In this document: positions 38,010 through 47,248 of the stretch, one piece after another | Layout of the letters: each line of letters opens with the position of its first letter | Position numbering within the stretch: the stretch's first letter is position 1 | Assembly (NCBI GenBank): GCA_035637435.1 | Contig: DASPXD010000231.1 | Span: forward strand, 49,215 to 113,214 | Source: Gemmatimonadales bacterium | GTDB taxonomy: Bacteria; Gemmatimonadota; Gemmatimonadetes; Gemmatimonadales; GWC2-71-9 | Length of the DNA stretch: 64,000 nt | Reading direction: 5' to 3' | The notes under the pieces: generated by a model | Told to the model about the DNA's origin: nothing | Databases searched by the model: none | The model's input: the letters and a program-made list of their open reading frames with translations, nothing else | Translations under genes and position numbers: made by a program

Positions 38010-39606
38010 AGTAGTCGCGCAGCTCCTCGGCTTCACGGGTCCCGTCCCAGCCGAGCAGCTTGCGCATCCGGGCGGCCACAGGGGCGACGACCCCCTGGGC
38101 GTGGTCGCGAAACTCATAGAAGAGATGCAGCCGCCGGATCAAGACGTCTCGCACGCGCACCGCCAGTTCGCGCTCGACGGCATAGTCGACCTCGGCCCAG
38201 ATCTCCGGCCGGCCCGCGATCAGCGGGTCGCCAAGACGGCGGTCGCGATCGACGAGGTTCAGGACCGCGGCCGCCTCACTGCCGTAGTTGGCGACGAGAT
38301 GTCGCGCCGTCGCCTCGGACGCGCCTCGCGCCCGCGCCGCTTCCACGAGCACCTCCAGCTCGGCGGCCTCGCCACCGGGCAGGGGCAGCCGATCGGTCGC
38401 TACGCGACGCGCGGTGGGACGGCCATCGAGCTCGTGCAAGCGCGCCGCGACGCGGTCGACCACGTCACGCGCCATGACGCGATAGGTCGTCAGCTTGCCG
38501 CCGGCGATCGTGATCATCCCATGCGCGCTTTCCTCGATCCGATGCTCGCGCGACAGCTGTGACGGGTTCGCGTGATCCTGCCGCAACAGCGGCCGCAGCC
38601 CCGCCCAGGCCGACACCACGTCGTTCGACGTCAGGTGCGCGTCCGGGAACGCGGCGTTGGCGGAGCGGAGCAGATACGTGACGTCGCTGGCGGTCACGCG
38701 GAGGGCATCGGGAGACGAGTCGGCGTCCGTGTCGGTCGTTCCGATGTACGCAAAGTCGCTCCAGGGAAGAACGAACATCACCCGGCCATCGATTTGCGAC
38801 AGCAGCGTCACCGCGTGCTCGTTCCCCATGCGGCGGCGCGGCACGATGACGTGAGCCCCTTTGGTCAGCCGCAGTAGCGGCGCGGCTCGAGGATCGTCGA
38901 GCCGCCGCAGCATGTCGGCCCACGGTCCCGTCGCGTTCACGACGACGTGCGCGCGAATACTCGCCGTCTGGCCGGTGAGCACGTCGCGCACGACCGCTCC
39001 GCGCACCCGCCCATCGGGCGTCAGCAGCGCCGTGGTCTCGACGTAATTGGCCACCAGCGCGCCCGCGCGCGCGGCGCTGCGGATGGTCGCGATGACCAGG
39101 CGCGCATCGTCCGTCTGCGCGTCGTAGTAGAGCGCGGCGCCGATGAGCCCGCGATCCCGCAGGCCCGGCTCCACGCGCCGTACTTTCTTGGCGCGGAGCC
39201 AGCGATGCCGCCGCACGTTGCGGAAGGCGGACAGGATGTCGTAGAGCCACATGCCGGCGCGCAGCTTCCACGCCGGGATGCGCCCGCCCCGATAGACAGG
39301 AAAGAGGAAAGCGAGCGGCCGGACGAGATGCGGGGCGATCCTGAGGAGCACGCGGCGCTCGCGGCTCGCCTCGAACACCAGCCGCAGCGCTCCCTGCTCG
39401 AGATAGCGGATGCCGCCGTGAATGAGTCGCGACGAGTGCGACGACGTGCCTGCCCCGAAGTCCGCTTTGTCCACGAGCGCCACGCGGAACCCGCGCAATG
39501 CCGCATCCCGCGCGATCCCCGCACCCGTGATGCCGCCACCGATGATCAGCACATCCACGGGCGCCTCGAACATTGCGGCCAGGGATTGGGCGCGGGTTGG
39601 CTCCAA
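37999..39606 (-). CDS. glpD: FAD-dependent glycerol-3-phosphate dehydrogenase
   Basis: 535 aa with DVLIIGGGITGAGIARDAALRG and GlpD-like sequence throughout. 11-nt convergent overlap with the HEAT gene. Confidence 0.88.
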   Translation of the reverse strand: MEPTRAQSLAAMFEAPVDVLIIGGGITGAGIARDAALRGFRVALVDKADFGAGTSSHSSRLIHGGIRYLEQGALRLVFEASRERRVLLRIAPHLVRPLAFLFPVYRGGRIPAWKLRAGMWLYDILSAFRNVRRHRWLRAKKVRRVEPGLRDRGLIGAALYYDAQTDDARLVIATIRSAARAGALVANYVETTALLTPDGRVRGAVVRDVLTGQTASIRAHVVVNATGPWADMLRRLDDPRAAPLLRLTKGAHVIVPRRRMGNEHAVTLLSQIDGRVMFVLPWSDFAYIGTTDTDADSSPDALRVTASDVTYLLRSANAAFPDAHLTSNDVVSAWAGLRPLLRQDHANPSQLSREHRIEESAHGMITIAGGKLTTYRVMARDVVDRVAARLHELDGRPTARRVATDRLPLPGGEAAELEVLVEAARARGASEATARHLVANYGSEAAAVLNLVDRDRRLGDPLIAGRPEIWAEVDYAVERELAVRVRDVLIRRLHLFYEFRDHAQGVVAPVAARMRKLLGWDGTREAEELRDYFKA

Positions 39607-39665
39607 CTCCCCTCCACTTGGGGCTGGTGGTAGGTTTCGATTCCCAGGAAGAGGGAAAGAATCTA

Positions 39666-40925
39666 ATGCCGAGTCTCAACGGTCGTCGCGTGGCTGTCAT
39701 CGCCGGCGTCCGGACGCCATTTGCCAAAGCCGGCACGCTGCTGAAGGACGTGCGGGCCGTTGATCTTGCGCGGTACGCCGCGCGCGAGCTGCTCGAGCGC
39801 ACGAATCTGGACGGCGATGAGGTCGACGAAGTCATCTTCGGCCAGGTCGTGCCCTCCGCGCTCGTGCCGAACATCGGGCGCGAAGTGAGCCTGCTGCCGC
39901 AGCTCCCCAAGGAAATCCCCGCATACTCGTTGAACCGTGCCTGCGCCTCCGCGAATCAGGCGATCACCGCCGGGCAGGATCAGATCGCGCTCGGCAATGC
40001 GAACGTGATCATCGCGGGCGGCGCCGAGGCGCTGTCCGACATTCCCATCCTCGCCTCGCGCCGGCTCGCCGATATCCTGGTCGAGGCGAGCAAGGCGAAG
40101 TCGCTCGGCGCGCGCATCAGAACCTTCGCGAAGATCCGACCGCGCGACCTCGTGCCGGTCGCGCCCGCGATCGCCGAGCCGTCGACCGGTGAGTCGATGG
40201 GCCAGTCGGCGGAGAAGATGGCGAAGGAAAACCACATCCCGCGCGAGGAGCAGGACCGCTGGGCGCTGCGCAGCCATACGCTGGCGGCGCAAGGCACGGC
40301 CGACGGCCGGCTCACGGCGGAGATCGTGCCCTGGCTTCCCACCCGTCCCGGCCAGGCGATCGTCGCGCAGGACAACGGCATCAGAAGCGACACGTCGCTC
40401 GAGCAGATGGCGAAGCTCAAGCCCGTCTTCGATCGCCGCTACGGCAGTGTGACCGCCGCGAACTCCTCGCCCCTCACCGACGGCGCCTCCGCGGTCCTGC
40501 TGATGAGCGACGAAGCGGCGCGGGCGCTCGGATATGAGCCCCTCACCTTCATCCGGTCGTACGCGGTTGCCGCGGTCGATCCCGGCTGGCAGCTGCTCCA
40601 GGCGCCGATCTTTGCGGTACCCAAGGCGCTGGAGCGCGCCGGAATCCAATGGAAGGACCTCGGCCTGATCGAGATTCACGAGGCATTCGCGTCGCAAGTG
40701 CTGTCGAATCTCCAGGGTTTCGCCGCCAAGGGGTGGGAGATCAACGAGGACATCATCAACGTGATGGGGGGCTCGATCGCGATCGGGCATCCGTTCGGCG
40801 CGACCGGGGGCCGTCTCGTGACGACGCTCTCGAACGAGATGCGCCGCCGCGACGTCCAGTACGGTCTCATCTCGGTATGTGCGCAGGGCGGCATGGGGTT
40901 CGCCATGGTACTGGAGCGCCGCTAG
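39666..40925 (+). CDS. Acetyl-CoA C-acyltransferase (thiolase, FadA/FadI-like)
   Basis: Starts MPSLNGRRVAVIAGVRTPFAKAG. Active-site context NRACASANQAI and C-terminal CAQGGMG. Confidence 0.9.
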   Translation: MPSLNGRRVAVIAGVRTPFAKAGTLLKDVRAVDLARYAARELLERTNLDGDEVDEVIFGQVVPSALVPNIGREVSLLPQLPKEIPAYSLNRACASANQAITAGQDQIALGNANVIIAGGAEALSDIPILASRRLADILVEASKAKSLGARIRTFAKIRPRDLVPVAPAIAEPSTGESMGQSAEKMAKENHIPREEQDRWALRSHTLAAQGTADGRLTAEIVPWLPTRPGQAIVAQDNGIRSDTSLEQMAKLKPVFDRRYGSVTAANSSPLTDGASAVLLMSDEAARALGYEPLTFIRSYAVAAVDPGWQLLQAPIFAVPKALERAGIQWKDLGLIEIHEAFASQVLSNLQGFAAKGWEINEDIINVMGGSIAIGHPFGATGGRLVTTLSNEMRRRDVQYGLISVCAQGGMGFAMVLERR

Positions 40926-43081
40926 TGGCGACGATCGCTCCACCGCGCGCTGCGCCCACCGTCACCTGGGATGTGGACGACGGGATCGCGACCGTCGTGC
41001 TCGACCTGAAGAGCCAGCCGGTCAACGTCATTTCCCGCGCGGTGAAAGACGAGTTTCTGGCCTGCTTTGCGGCATTGGCCGACGACGCCCGCGTCCGTGC
41101 CGTCGCCTTCTTCTCCGGGAAAGCGGACAACTTCATCGCCGGCGCCGACATCGAGGAGTTCGTCGCGCTCAGCTCGGCCGCCGAAGCTGAACGCCTGTCG
41201 GCGGACGGTCAGGACATGTTGGACCGCGTGGCCCGCTTTCCCAAGCCGATCGCCGTCGGAATCCACGGCGCCTGCCTCGGCGGCGGATTCGAGTTCGCCC
41301 TCGCGTGCCACTATCGCGTTGCCACGGACCACCCCAAGACGCAAATCGGGCTGCCCGAGGTTCAGCTCGGCATTTTGCCGGCGGCCGGCGGCTGCCAGCG
41401 GCTGCCGCGGCTGGTGGGTGCGCGGGCGGCGCTCGACATGATTCTCGCCGGGAAGACCGAGCGCGCCGCGAAAGCCTTCCGCCTGGGGATGATCGACGAG
41501 CTGGTGCCTCCCGCGATCCTCGGCGAGATCACGCTCGCGGCGGCGCGCCGCATGGCCGGCGGGTGGCGACCCAGGCGCCGGCGCCAGGGTGGCTTCGTGG
41601 GCTTTTTGTTGGATGGGAATCCGCTCGGACGCCGGCTCGTCTTTCGTATGGCCCGCAAGCAGGTGCTCGAGCGCACCGGCGGGAATTATCCGGCCCCGCC
41701 CGCCGCCCTCGAAGCGGTTGAGTACGGCTTGCGGCACGGCATGGCGGAAGGATTGCGGCGCGAGGCGCAGCTGTTCGGCCAGCTCGCGGTGACCGACGTG
41801 TCCCGCAAGCTCGTCCAGATCTTCTTCGCGACCAATCAGCTCAAGAAGGATCCGGGAGTCGCGAACGCGCCGCCGGCCGTGCGTGTGCACCGGCTCGGCA
41901 TCATCGGCTCAGGGTTCATGGGCTCCGGCATCGCGGGCACCGCCGTGGCCCAGGCGGAGGTCGACGTGCGGATGAAGGACGCCGACCTCGGCCGCGTCGC
42001 CCAGGGAACTCTCGCAGCCCGCGCCATCCTCGACGATCGGCTGAAACGGCGTCGCATCACGAAGTACGAATACGCGCGGCTCGTCGCCTTGCTCTCCGGC
42101 AGCGATACCTACGCCGGGTTCGGTCGCGCCGAGCTGACGATCGAGGCGGTGTTCGAGGACCTCGCCGTCAAGCAGGAGGTGCTGCGGGAAGTCGAGCAGG
42201 TGCTCCCCCAAGACGGCGCGTTCGCATCCAACACCTCCACGATTCCGATCACGCGCATCGCCGAGGCGGCGCACGACCCGGAGCGCGTCATCGGGATGCA
42301 TTTTTTCTCGCCCGTCGCGAAGATGCCGCTGCTCGAGGTGATCCCCGGCGCCCGCACGTCGCCGCAGACGATCAGCACGGCGGTTGCGTTTGGGCGGCGG
42401 CTGGGCAAGACCGTGATTGTCGTGCAGGACAGCCCCGGCTTCTGGGTGAACCGGATCCTGGCGCCCTACGCCAACGAAGTCGGTCACCTCCTGGCCGAGG
42501 GGGCGTCGATCGAGGAGATCGACAGCATGGCGGTGCGTTTCGGGTTCCCCGTCGGGCCGGTGACGCTGCTCGATGAGGTGGGCCTCGACGTCGCGATCAA
42601 AGTCGCGGGTGTGATGCAGGAAGCCTATGGCGATCACATCAAGCCGGCGCCGGGACCGGGCATCGCGGCGTTGGTGAAAGCCGGCCGCCTGGGGCGCAAA
42701 TCCGGCGGCGGCTTTTACATCTACAAGGGCGGCAAGAAGCGTGGCGTGGACGAGAGCGTCTACGGATTGCTCGGCGTCCATCCCAACGGCGGGCCACGCC
42801 CGGCGGAGATTCTCCAGCGCCTGCTGCTCGGCATGGTGAATGAAGCCGCGCGCGCGCTGGGCGAAGGGGTAGTGAGAAACCCCCGCGACGGCGACATCGG
42901 CGCGATCTTCGGGTTCGGCTTTCCGCCGTTCCGCGGCGGACCGCTGCGCTACGCCGATGACCTGGGCGCCGAGCGCGTGGTGACTGATCTCGAGCGTCTC
43001 GCCGAGCGCTACGGGGTACGCTTCGCGCCGTGCGAAGTGTTGCAGGAGCATGCTCGCCAAGGGACCAAGTTCTACTCCTGA
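40925..43081 (+). CDS. Bifunctional enoyl-CoA hydratase / 3-hydroxyacyl-CoA dehydrogenase (FadJ/FadB-like)
   Basis: 718 aa from the GTG overlapping the thiolase stop (TAGTG). Crotonase-like N-terminus and NAD motif IIGSGFMGSGIA. The 810-aa ORF-track call is an extension. Confidence 0.9.
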   Translation: MATIAPPRAAPTVTWDVDDGIATVVLDLKSQPVNVISRAVKDEFLACFAALADDARVRAVAFFSGKADNFIAGADIEEFVALSSAAEAERLSADGQDMLDRVARFPKPIAVGIHGACLGGGFEFALACHYRVATDHPKTQIGLPEVQLGILPAAGGCQRLPRLVGARAALDMILAGKTERAAKAFRLGMIDELVPPAILGEITLAAARRMAGGWRPRRRRQGGFVGFLLDGNPLGRRLVFRMARKQVLERTGGNYPAPPAALEAVEYGLRHGMAEGLRREAQLFGQLAVTDVSRKLVQIFFATNQLKKDPGVANAPPAVRVHRLGIIGSGFMGSGIAGTAVAQAEVDVRMKDADLGRVAQGTLAARAILDDRLKRRRITKYEYARLVALLSGSDTYAGFGRAELTIEAVFEDLAVKQEVLREVEQVLPQDGAFASNTSTIPITRIAEAAHDPERVIGMHFFSPVAKMPLLEVIPGARTSPQTISTAVAFGRRLGKTVIVVQDSPGFWVNRILAPYANEVGHLLAEGASIEEIDSMAVRFGFPVGPVTLLDEVGLDVAIKVAGVMQEAYGDHIKPAPGPGIAALVKAGRLGRKSGGGFYIYKGGKKRGVDESVYGLLGVHPNGGPRPAEILQRLLLGMVNEAARALGEGVVRNPRDGDIGAIFGFGFPPFRGGPLRYADDLGAERVVTDLERLAERYGVRFAPCEVLQEHARQGTKFYS

Positions 43082-44007
43082 TGCTGCGCGCCGCTTTTCT
43101 CTGGTTGAGCGAGCAGCCGCGCATCTTTCGTTTCGTCCGGAAGAACCGCGTCGCCCGCAAGCTGGCGTCGCGCTTCGTCGCGGGCGAGACGGTGGACGAG
43201 GCAATCACCACGCTGCGCGACCTGAATGCCCTCTCGGCGTCCCTCGATCTGCTCGGCGAGTCCGTCCTGCACGCCGAGGAAGCACAACGCGCCTGTAAGA
43301 CGTATCTCGACGTCCTCGAGCGGATTCACCGCGCGAACGCCAACGCCAACGTCTCCGTCAAGCTGACGCAGATGGGGCTCGACATCGACGAGCAGCTGTG
43401 CCTGGGCAACACGCGGTCCATCATCCGCAAGGCGAAGCAGTACGACTCGTTCGTGCGCATCGACATGGAGCAGTCCAGCTACACCGCGCGGACACTCCAG
43501 CTCTTTACGGACGTGTTCTATCCCGAATTCGGGAACGCCGTAGGGGTGGTGCTGCAGTCCTATCTGCGGCGGACCGGCGCCGACGTGGATGCGATGATCG
43601 GGTTGGGCGCCCGCGTGCGGCTCTGCAAGGGTGCGTACCAGGAACCCGAGGACGTCGCATTCCCGGACAAGCGCGACGTGGACGCGAATTACATCGCCTG
43701 CATGGAGCGGCTCCTCGAAGACGGCAACTATCCCGGCATTGCGACGCATGACGTGGCCATCATCGACCACGCCAAGGCATTTACGAAGCAGCGCAGGATT
43801 CCCGCCGAGCGATTCGAGTTCCAAATGCTGTACGGGGTGCGACGCGACCTTCAGTATCGGCTGCGGCGCGAGGGGTACAACATGCGCGTGTACGTCCCGT
43901 TCGGGACGCACTGGTATCCGTATCTGATGCGCCGCCTCGCCGAACGCCCCGCCAACGTCGCCTTTATCGCCACGAACATCCTCAAAGAATGGACGACACG
44001 ACGTTAG
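43081..44007 (+). CDS. Proline dehydrogenase family protein
   Basis: Starts MLRAAFLWLSEQPRIF at the ATG overlapping the upstream stop (TGATG). RLCKGAY and FEFQMLYGVR motifs. Confidence 0.85.
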   Translation: MLRAAFLWLSEQPRIFRFVRKNRVARKLASRFVAGETVDEAITTLRDLNALSASLDLLGESVLHAEEAQRACKTYLDVLERIHRANANANVSVKLTQMGLDIDEQLCLGNTRSIIRKAKQYDSFVRIDMEQSSYTARTLQLFTDVFYPEFGNAVGVVLQSYLRRTGADVDAMIGLGARVRLCKGAYQEPEDVAFPDKRDVDANYIACMERLLEDGNYPGIATHDVAIIDHAKAFTKQRRIPAERFEFQMLYGVRRDLQYRLRREGYNMRVYVPFGTHWYPYLMRRLAERPANVAFIATNILKEWTTRR

Positions 44008-44291
44008 GCGGTTACCAACACGTGCATGGCCGCCCCCCCGCCTTTGGGGCGGCGGACGGCCAGGCCTACTCGGTCGCCACATTCGCCGACGATGCGGCTG
44101 AAGCGGGGCGGTACGGCGCCGCCCTCCTGTTCGTGCGCTGGGGTGAAGGCGAGCGCCCGGTCGGACATCTCGAGACCGATTACCTGGCGTTCGGTTCGAC
44201 ACCCGATGAAGCGCTCGCGCCGGTGCTGGCGCTGACGCTCGAGCAAGTGAAGGCTCACCTCGATGCATGCGTGATCCGTGCAGCTCACTAA
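43989..44291 (+). CDS. Hypothetical protein (100 aa)
   Basis: High GC3. Overlaps both neighbours (19 and 14 nt). No family recognised. Confidence 0.4.
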   Translation: MDDTTLGGYQHVHGRPPAFGAADGQAYSVATFADDAAEAGRYGAALLFVRWGEGERPVGHLETDYLAFGSTPDEALAPVLALTLEQVKAHLDACVIRAAH

Positions 44292-45204
44292 CGGCGTGGT
44301 GCTGGCGCGCACCGCGGGCGGTTATCGGGTGCACACCGATGCCGGTGAAATCACGGCCTCGCTGCGCGGCAAACTCAAGCACCAGGACGACGATCGGGTC
44401 GTGCCGGGGGACGTTGTGGTGCTCGAGGGCTCGACCATCGCCGAAATCCGTCCGCGCCGCTCCGTGCTTGCGCGTCGGGCGGCGCAGGGCAGCAGCGGGG
44501 CCGGTCCACGGCGCGCACAGCTGGTCGCGGCCAACGTGGATCAGGTGATCGTCGTGACCTCCGCCCGTGATCCGGAGCCGAGTCCCCGGATGATCGACCG
44601 GTTCCTCGTGATCGCGGAAGCGAACGGTCTTCCCGCTGCCGTTGTCCTGAACAAGATCGAGCTCGACCGCGCGATCGAGGAGACTCTGGCGCGGCGCTTC
44701 AAGCCGGCCGGCTATCAGCTGCTGGCGACGTCCGTCAAGGCGGACGAAGGCCTGTCCGCATTGCGCGACCTGCTGCGAGGCCGGCACTCGGTCTTTACCG
44801 GGGCGTCAGGAGCAGGGAAATCGAGCCTGCTCAACGCGCTCGAGCCCGGCCTCAAGCTGCGCGTCGGGGCGATCAGCGAGAAATGGCGGACCGGCAAGCA
44901 CACGACCACCGTGGCGGAGCTCGTGCCCGTTGCCGGCGTCGGGTATGTCGTCGATACGCCTGGCCTGCGGGAAGTCGGTGCCTGGGGCATCGATCCCAAC
45001 GAACTGGGCGCCTGCTTTCCGGAATTCCGGCCCTATCTCGATCAATGCCGGTTCGACAACTGCCGGCACCTGGCGGAGCCGGGCTGCGCCGTCCGCAGCG
45101 CGCCCGCGGGCGCGATCGATCCGGACCGTCTAGTGTCCTACGCGCGGATTTACGAGGAAGTCAGCGAGCCTTCCTGGTCCAGCGGCCGGCGTCGCGGGCG
45201 ATGA
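44278..45204 (+). CDS. rsgA: Ribosome small-subunit-dependent GTPase A
   Basis: P-loop GASGAGKSSLLNAL and zinc-knuckle CRFDNCRHLAEPGCAV. GTG start. Confidence 0.9.
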   Translation: MQLTNGVVLARTAGGYRVHTDAGEITASLRGKLKHQDDDRVVPGDVVVLEGSTIAEIRPRRSVLARRAAQGSSGAGPRRAQLVAANVDQVIVVTSARDPEPSPRMIDRFLVIAEANGLPAAVVLNKIELDRAIEETLARRFKPAGYQLLATSVKADEGLSALRDLLRGRHSVFTGASGAGKSSLLNALEPGLKLRVGAISEKWRTGKHTTTVAELVPVAGVGYVVDTPGLREVGAWGIDPNELGACFPEFRPYLDQCRFDNCRHLAEPGCAVRSAPAGAIDPDRLVSYARIYEEVSEPSWSSGRRRGR

Positions 45205-45481
45205 CTTTGGCCATCATCTGCGCGAAGGCGTCATCGAGATCGATCTGCTGCGAGTTGGCGATGCAGATCACGACGAAGAGAATGTCGGCCAGCTCCATGG
45301 CAATCGAGCCCGGCGCTTCATTGGATTTCTTCGGCTTCGGACCGAACTGGTGATTGACCTCGCGAGCCAGTTCGCCGACTTCCTCGGCGAGACGCGCGAC
45401 GTTCGCGAGCGGCGGGAAATATCCCTGCTCGAATTGCCCCACCCACTGATCGACGGCCTGTTGCGCTTCTCGAAAACTCAT
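45161..45481 (-). CDS. MazG-like nucleotide pyrophosphohydrolase domain protein
   Basis: 106 aa starting MSFREAQQAVDQWV, with EEVGELAREV and ELADILFVV motifs. Trimmed from the 150-aa ORF. Confidence 0.8.
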   Translation of the reverse strand: MSFREAQQAVDQWVGQFEQGYFPPLANVARLAEEVGELAREVNHQFGPKPKKSNEAPGSIAMELADILFVVICIANSQQIDLDDAFAQMMAKVIARDAGRWTRKAR

Positions 45482-46715
45482 GTCTGACCTCGTCGCGCCT
45501 TTTCGGGGTGAGCGGTATGCCGACGTTGCCCGGCTCAGCCGTCTGATCGCGCCTCCGTATGACGTGATCGATCCGGCGGAGCGCGCGCGTCTCGCGGCGC
45601 TCGACGCTGACAATATCGTCCACGTGATGCTGCCGGAAGCACCGCCCGGGCGACCCGAGGACGACCGCTATCGCGTCGCCGCGGAACGCCTCACCACTTG
45701 GCGGCGCAACGGCGTGTTGCGCCGCGAAGCGGAGCCGGTGCTGTACGTCCTGGCGCAAGACTTCACGTTGCCGACCGGCGAGCGCCGGACACGACGCGGC
45801 GTGTTCGCGGCAGTCGCCGCGGAAGGGTACGAGCCACGCCGGATTCGCCCCCACGAGCGTACGCACGCCGGACCCAAGGCGGACCGGCTGGCGCTGCTGC
45901 GCGCGACCGCGACCAACATCGAATCGATCTTTTTGCTGGCGCCCGATCACGACCGCGCCCTGGCGAACGCCGTGGCTCGGGCAACGCAGGGTACGCCGGA
46001 TGCGACGGCCGAATTGAACGACGGCGGGATTCGCCTCTGGATCGTACGCGACGTTTCCCGTTTCCCGTTTCCCGCTGGGCCGTTATACATCGCCGACGGG
46101 CATCACCGTTATGAGACCGCCAGCGCGTACGCTCGGGAGAACCCGAAGGCGGATCGCGTGCTGGCGCTCATCGTATCGGCACAAGATCCCGGTCTCGCCG
46201 TGTTGCCGACGCATCGCGTGATCTTTGGTACGGGGCGGGAGCTGGAGCGGATGCTTCCGCAGTGGCGGGAGTGGTTCGATGTCCAGACGGTCCCCGCGGG
46301 ACGCGATCCCGTCGCCGTCCTCACCTCGTTGGGCCGCGACCGCACGGCCTGTCTGGTCGCGGACCGCTCGCGCGTCATCGCGTTACTGCTCCGCCTAGGC
46401 GCCTTGGCGGACCGGTTGCCGAGCCTGGCGCAGAGCGACGCCGTGCGTGACCTGGACGTCGCGCGTATCGAGTCGCTCGTCGTGAAGCAGATTCTTGGCG
46501 CCGAGACGTCGACGCCGATCGTGCGGTACGTCGCCGACGCCAGTGAAGCGCTGGCGATGGTCCAGCGTGGCGGGGCCGCGGTTGCGGTGCTGCTCAACGC
46601 AACCAGGGTCGATCAGGTTTTTGCGGTCGCCGATGCCGGCGACGTGATGCCGCCGAAGTCGACCTACTTCGTTCCCAAGGTGCCGAGCGGACTAGTCTTG
46701 AGGCCCCTGACGTAA
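45480..46715 (+). CDS. DUF1015 domain-containing protein
   Basis: 411 aa with N-terminus MSDLVAPFRGERY...IAPPYDVI and YIADGHHRYE, as typical for DUF1015. Confidence 0.85.
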   Translation: MSDLVAPFRGERYADVARLSRLIAPPYDVIDPAERARLAALDADNIVHVMLPEAPPGRPEDDRYRVAAERLTTWRRNGVLRREAEPVLYVLAQDFTLPTGERRTRRGVFAAVAAEGYEPRRIRPHERTHAGPKADRLALLRATATNIESIFLLAPDHDRALANAVARATQGTPDATAELNDGGIRLWIVRDVSRFPFPAGPLYIADGHHRYETASAYARENPKADRVLALIVSAQDPGLAVLPTHRVIFGTGRELERMLPQWREWFDVQTVPAGRDPVAVLTSLGRDRTACLVADRSRVIALLLRLGALADRLPSLAQSDAVRDLDVARIESLVVKQILGAETSTPIVRYVADASEALAMVQRGGAAVAVLLNATRVDQVFAVADAGDVMPPKSTYFVPKVPSGLVLRPLT

Positions 46716-47222
46716 CGCGGCGATCAGCGCTTTGCAGAATTGCGGCAAATCGGCCGGCGTGCGTGAAGAGATGAGATTGCCGTCGACCACGACCGCGCTA
46801 TCCTCCCACACCACGCCCGCGTTTTCCATGTCATCCTTGATCGCACGGACGCTGGTGGCGCGCTTGCCCTTCAGGATCTTGGCCGAGATCGGCACCCAGC
46901 CCGCGTGGCAAATGAACGCCACCGGTTTGCCGGCCTGGTACACCTCGCGCGTCAGCCGCAGCACCTTGTCGGAGCGGCGCAGCTGGTCGGGCGCGAACCC
47001 ACCGGGGATCACCAGGGCGTCGAAGTCTGCCGCGTCGATCTGGTTGACGTCGGTATCGACGGTGACCGGATAGCCGCGCTTCCCTTGATAGGTGCGGTCG
47101 CCCATGCCGGCCACCGTCGTGGCCGCGCCTTCTTCCTCGAGCCGGATCTTGGGATACCACAGCTCCAGATCTTCGTACTGCGCGGCGGCAAAAATGAGGA
47201 CACGCTTCCCTTTGAGCGTCAT
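46692..47222 (-). CDS. DJ-1/PfpI family protein (type 1 glutamine amidotransferase-like)
   Basis: 176 aa with nucleophile elbow AFICHAGW and PfpI-like sequence. Confidence 0.9.
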   Translation of the reverse strand: MTLKGKRVLIFAAAQYEDLELWYPKIRLEEEGAATTVAGMGDRTYQGKRGYPVTVDTDVNQIDAADFDALVIPGGFAPDQLRRSDKVLRLTREVYQAGKPVAFICHAGWVPISAKILKGKRATSVRAIKDDMENAGVVWEDSAVVVDGNLISSRTPADLPQFCKALIAALRQGPQD

Positions 47223-47248
47223 GCGCGGAACCTATATCTTTTTCAGTC

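Noticed and set aside
39663-44787. Antisense ORFs of 426, 322, 431 and 571 aa opposite the thiolase, FadJ-like, proline dehydrogenase and rsgA genes
   Set aside because: They are opposite well-supported metabolic genes, have no motifs, and show a composition typical of non-coding frames in GC-rich DNA.
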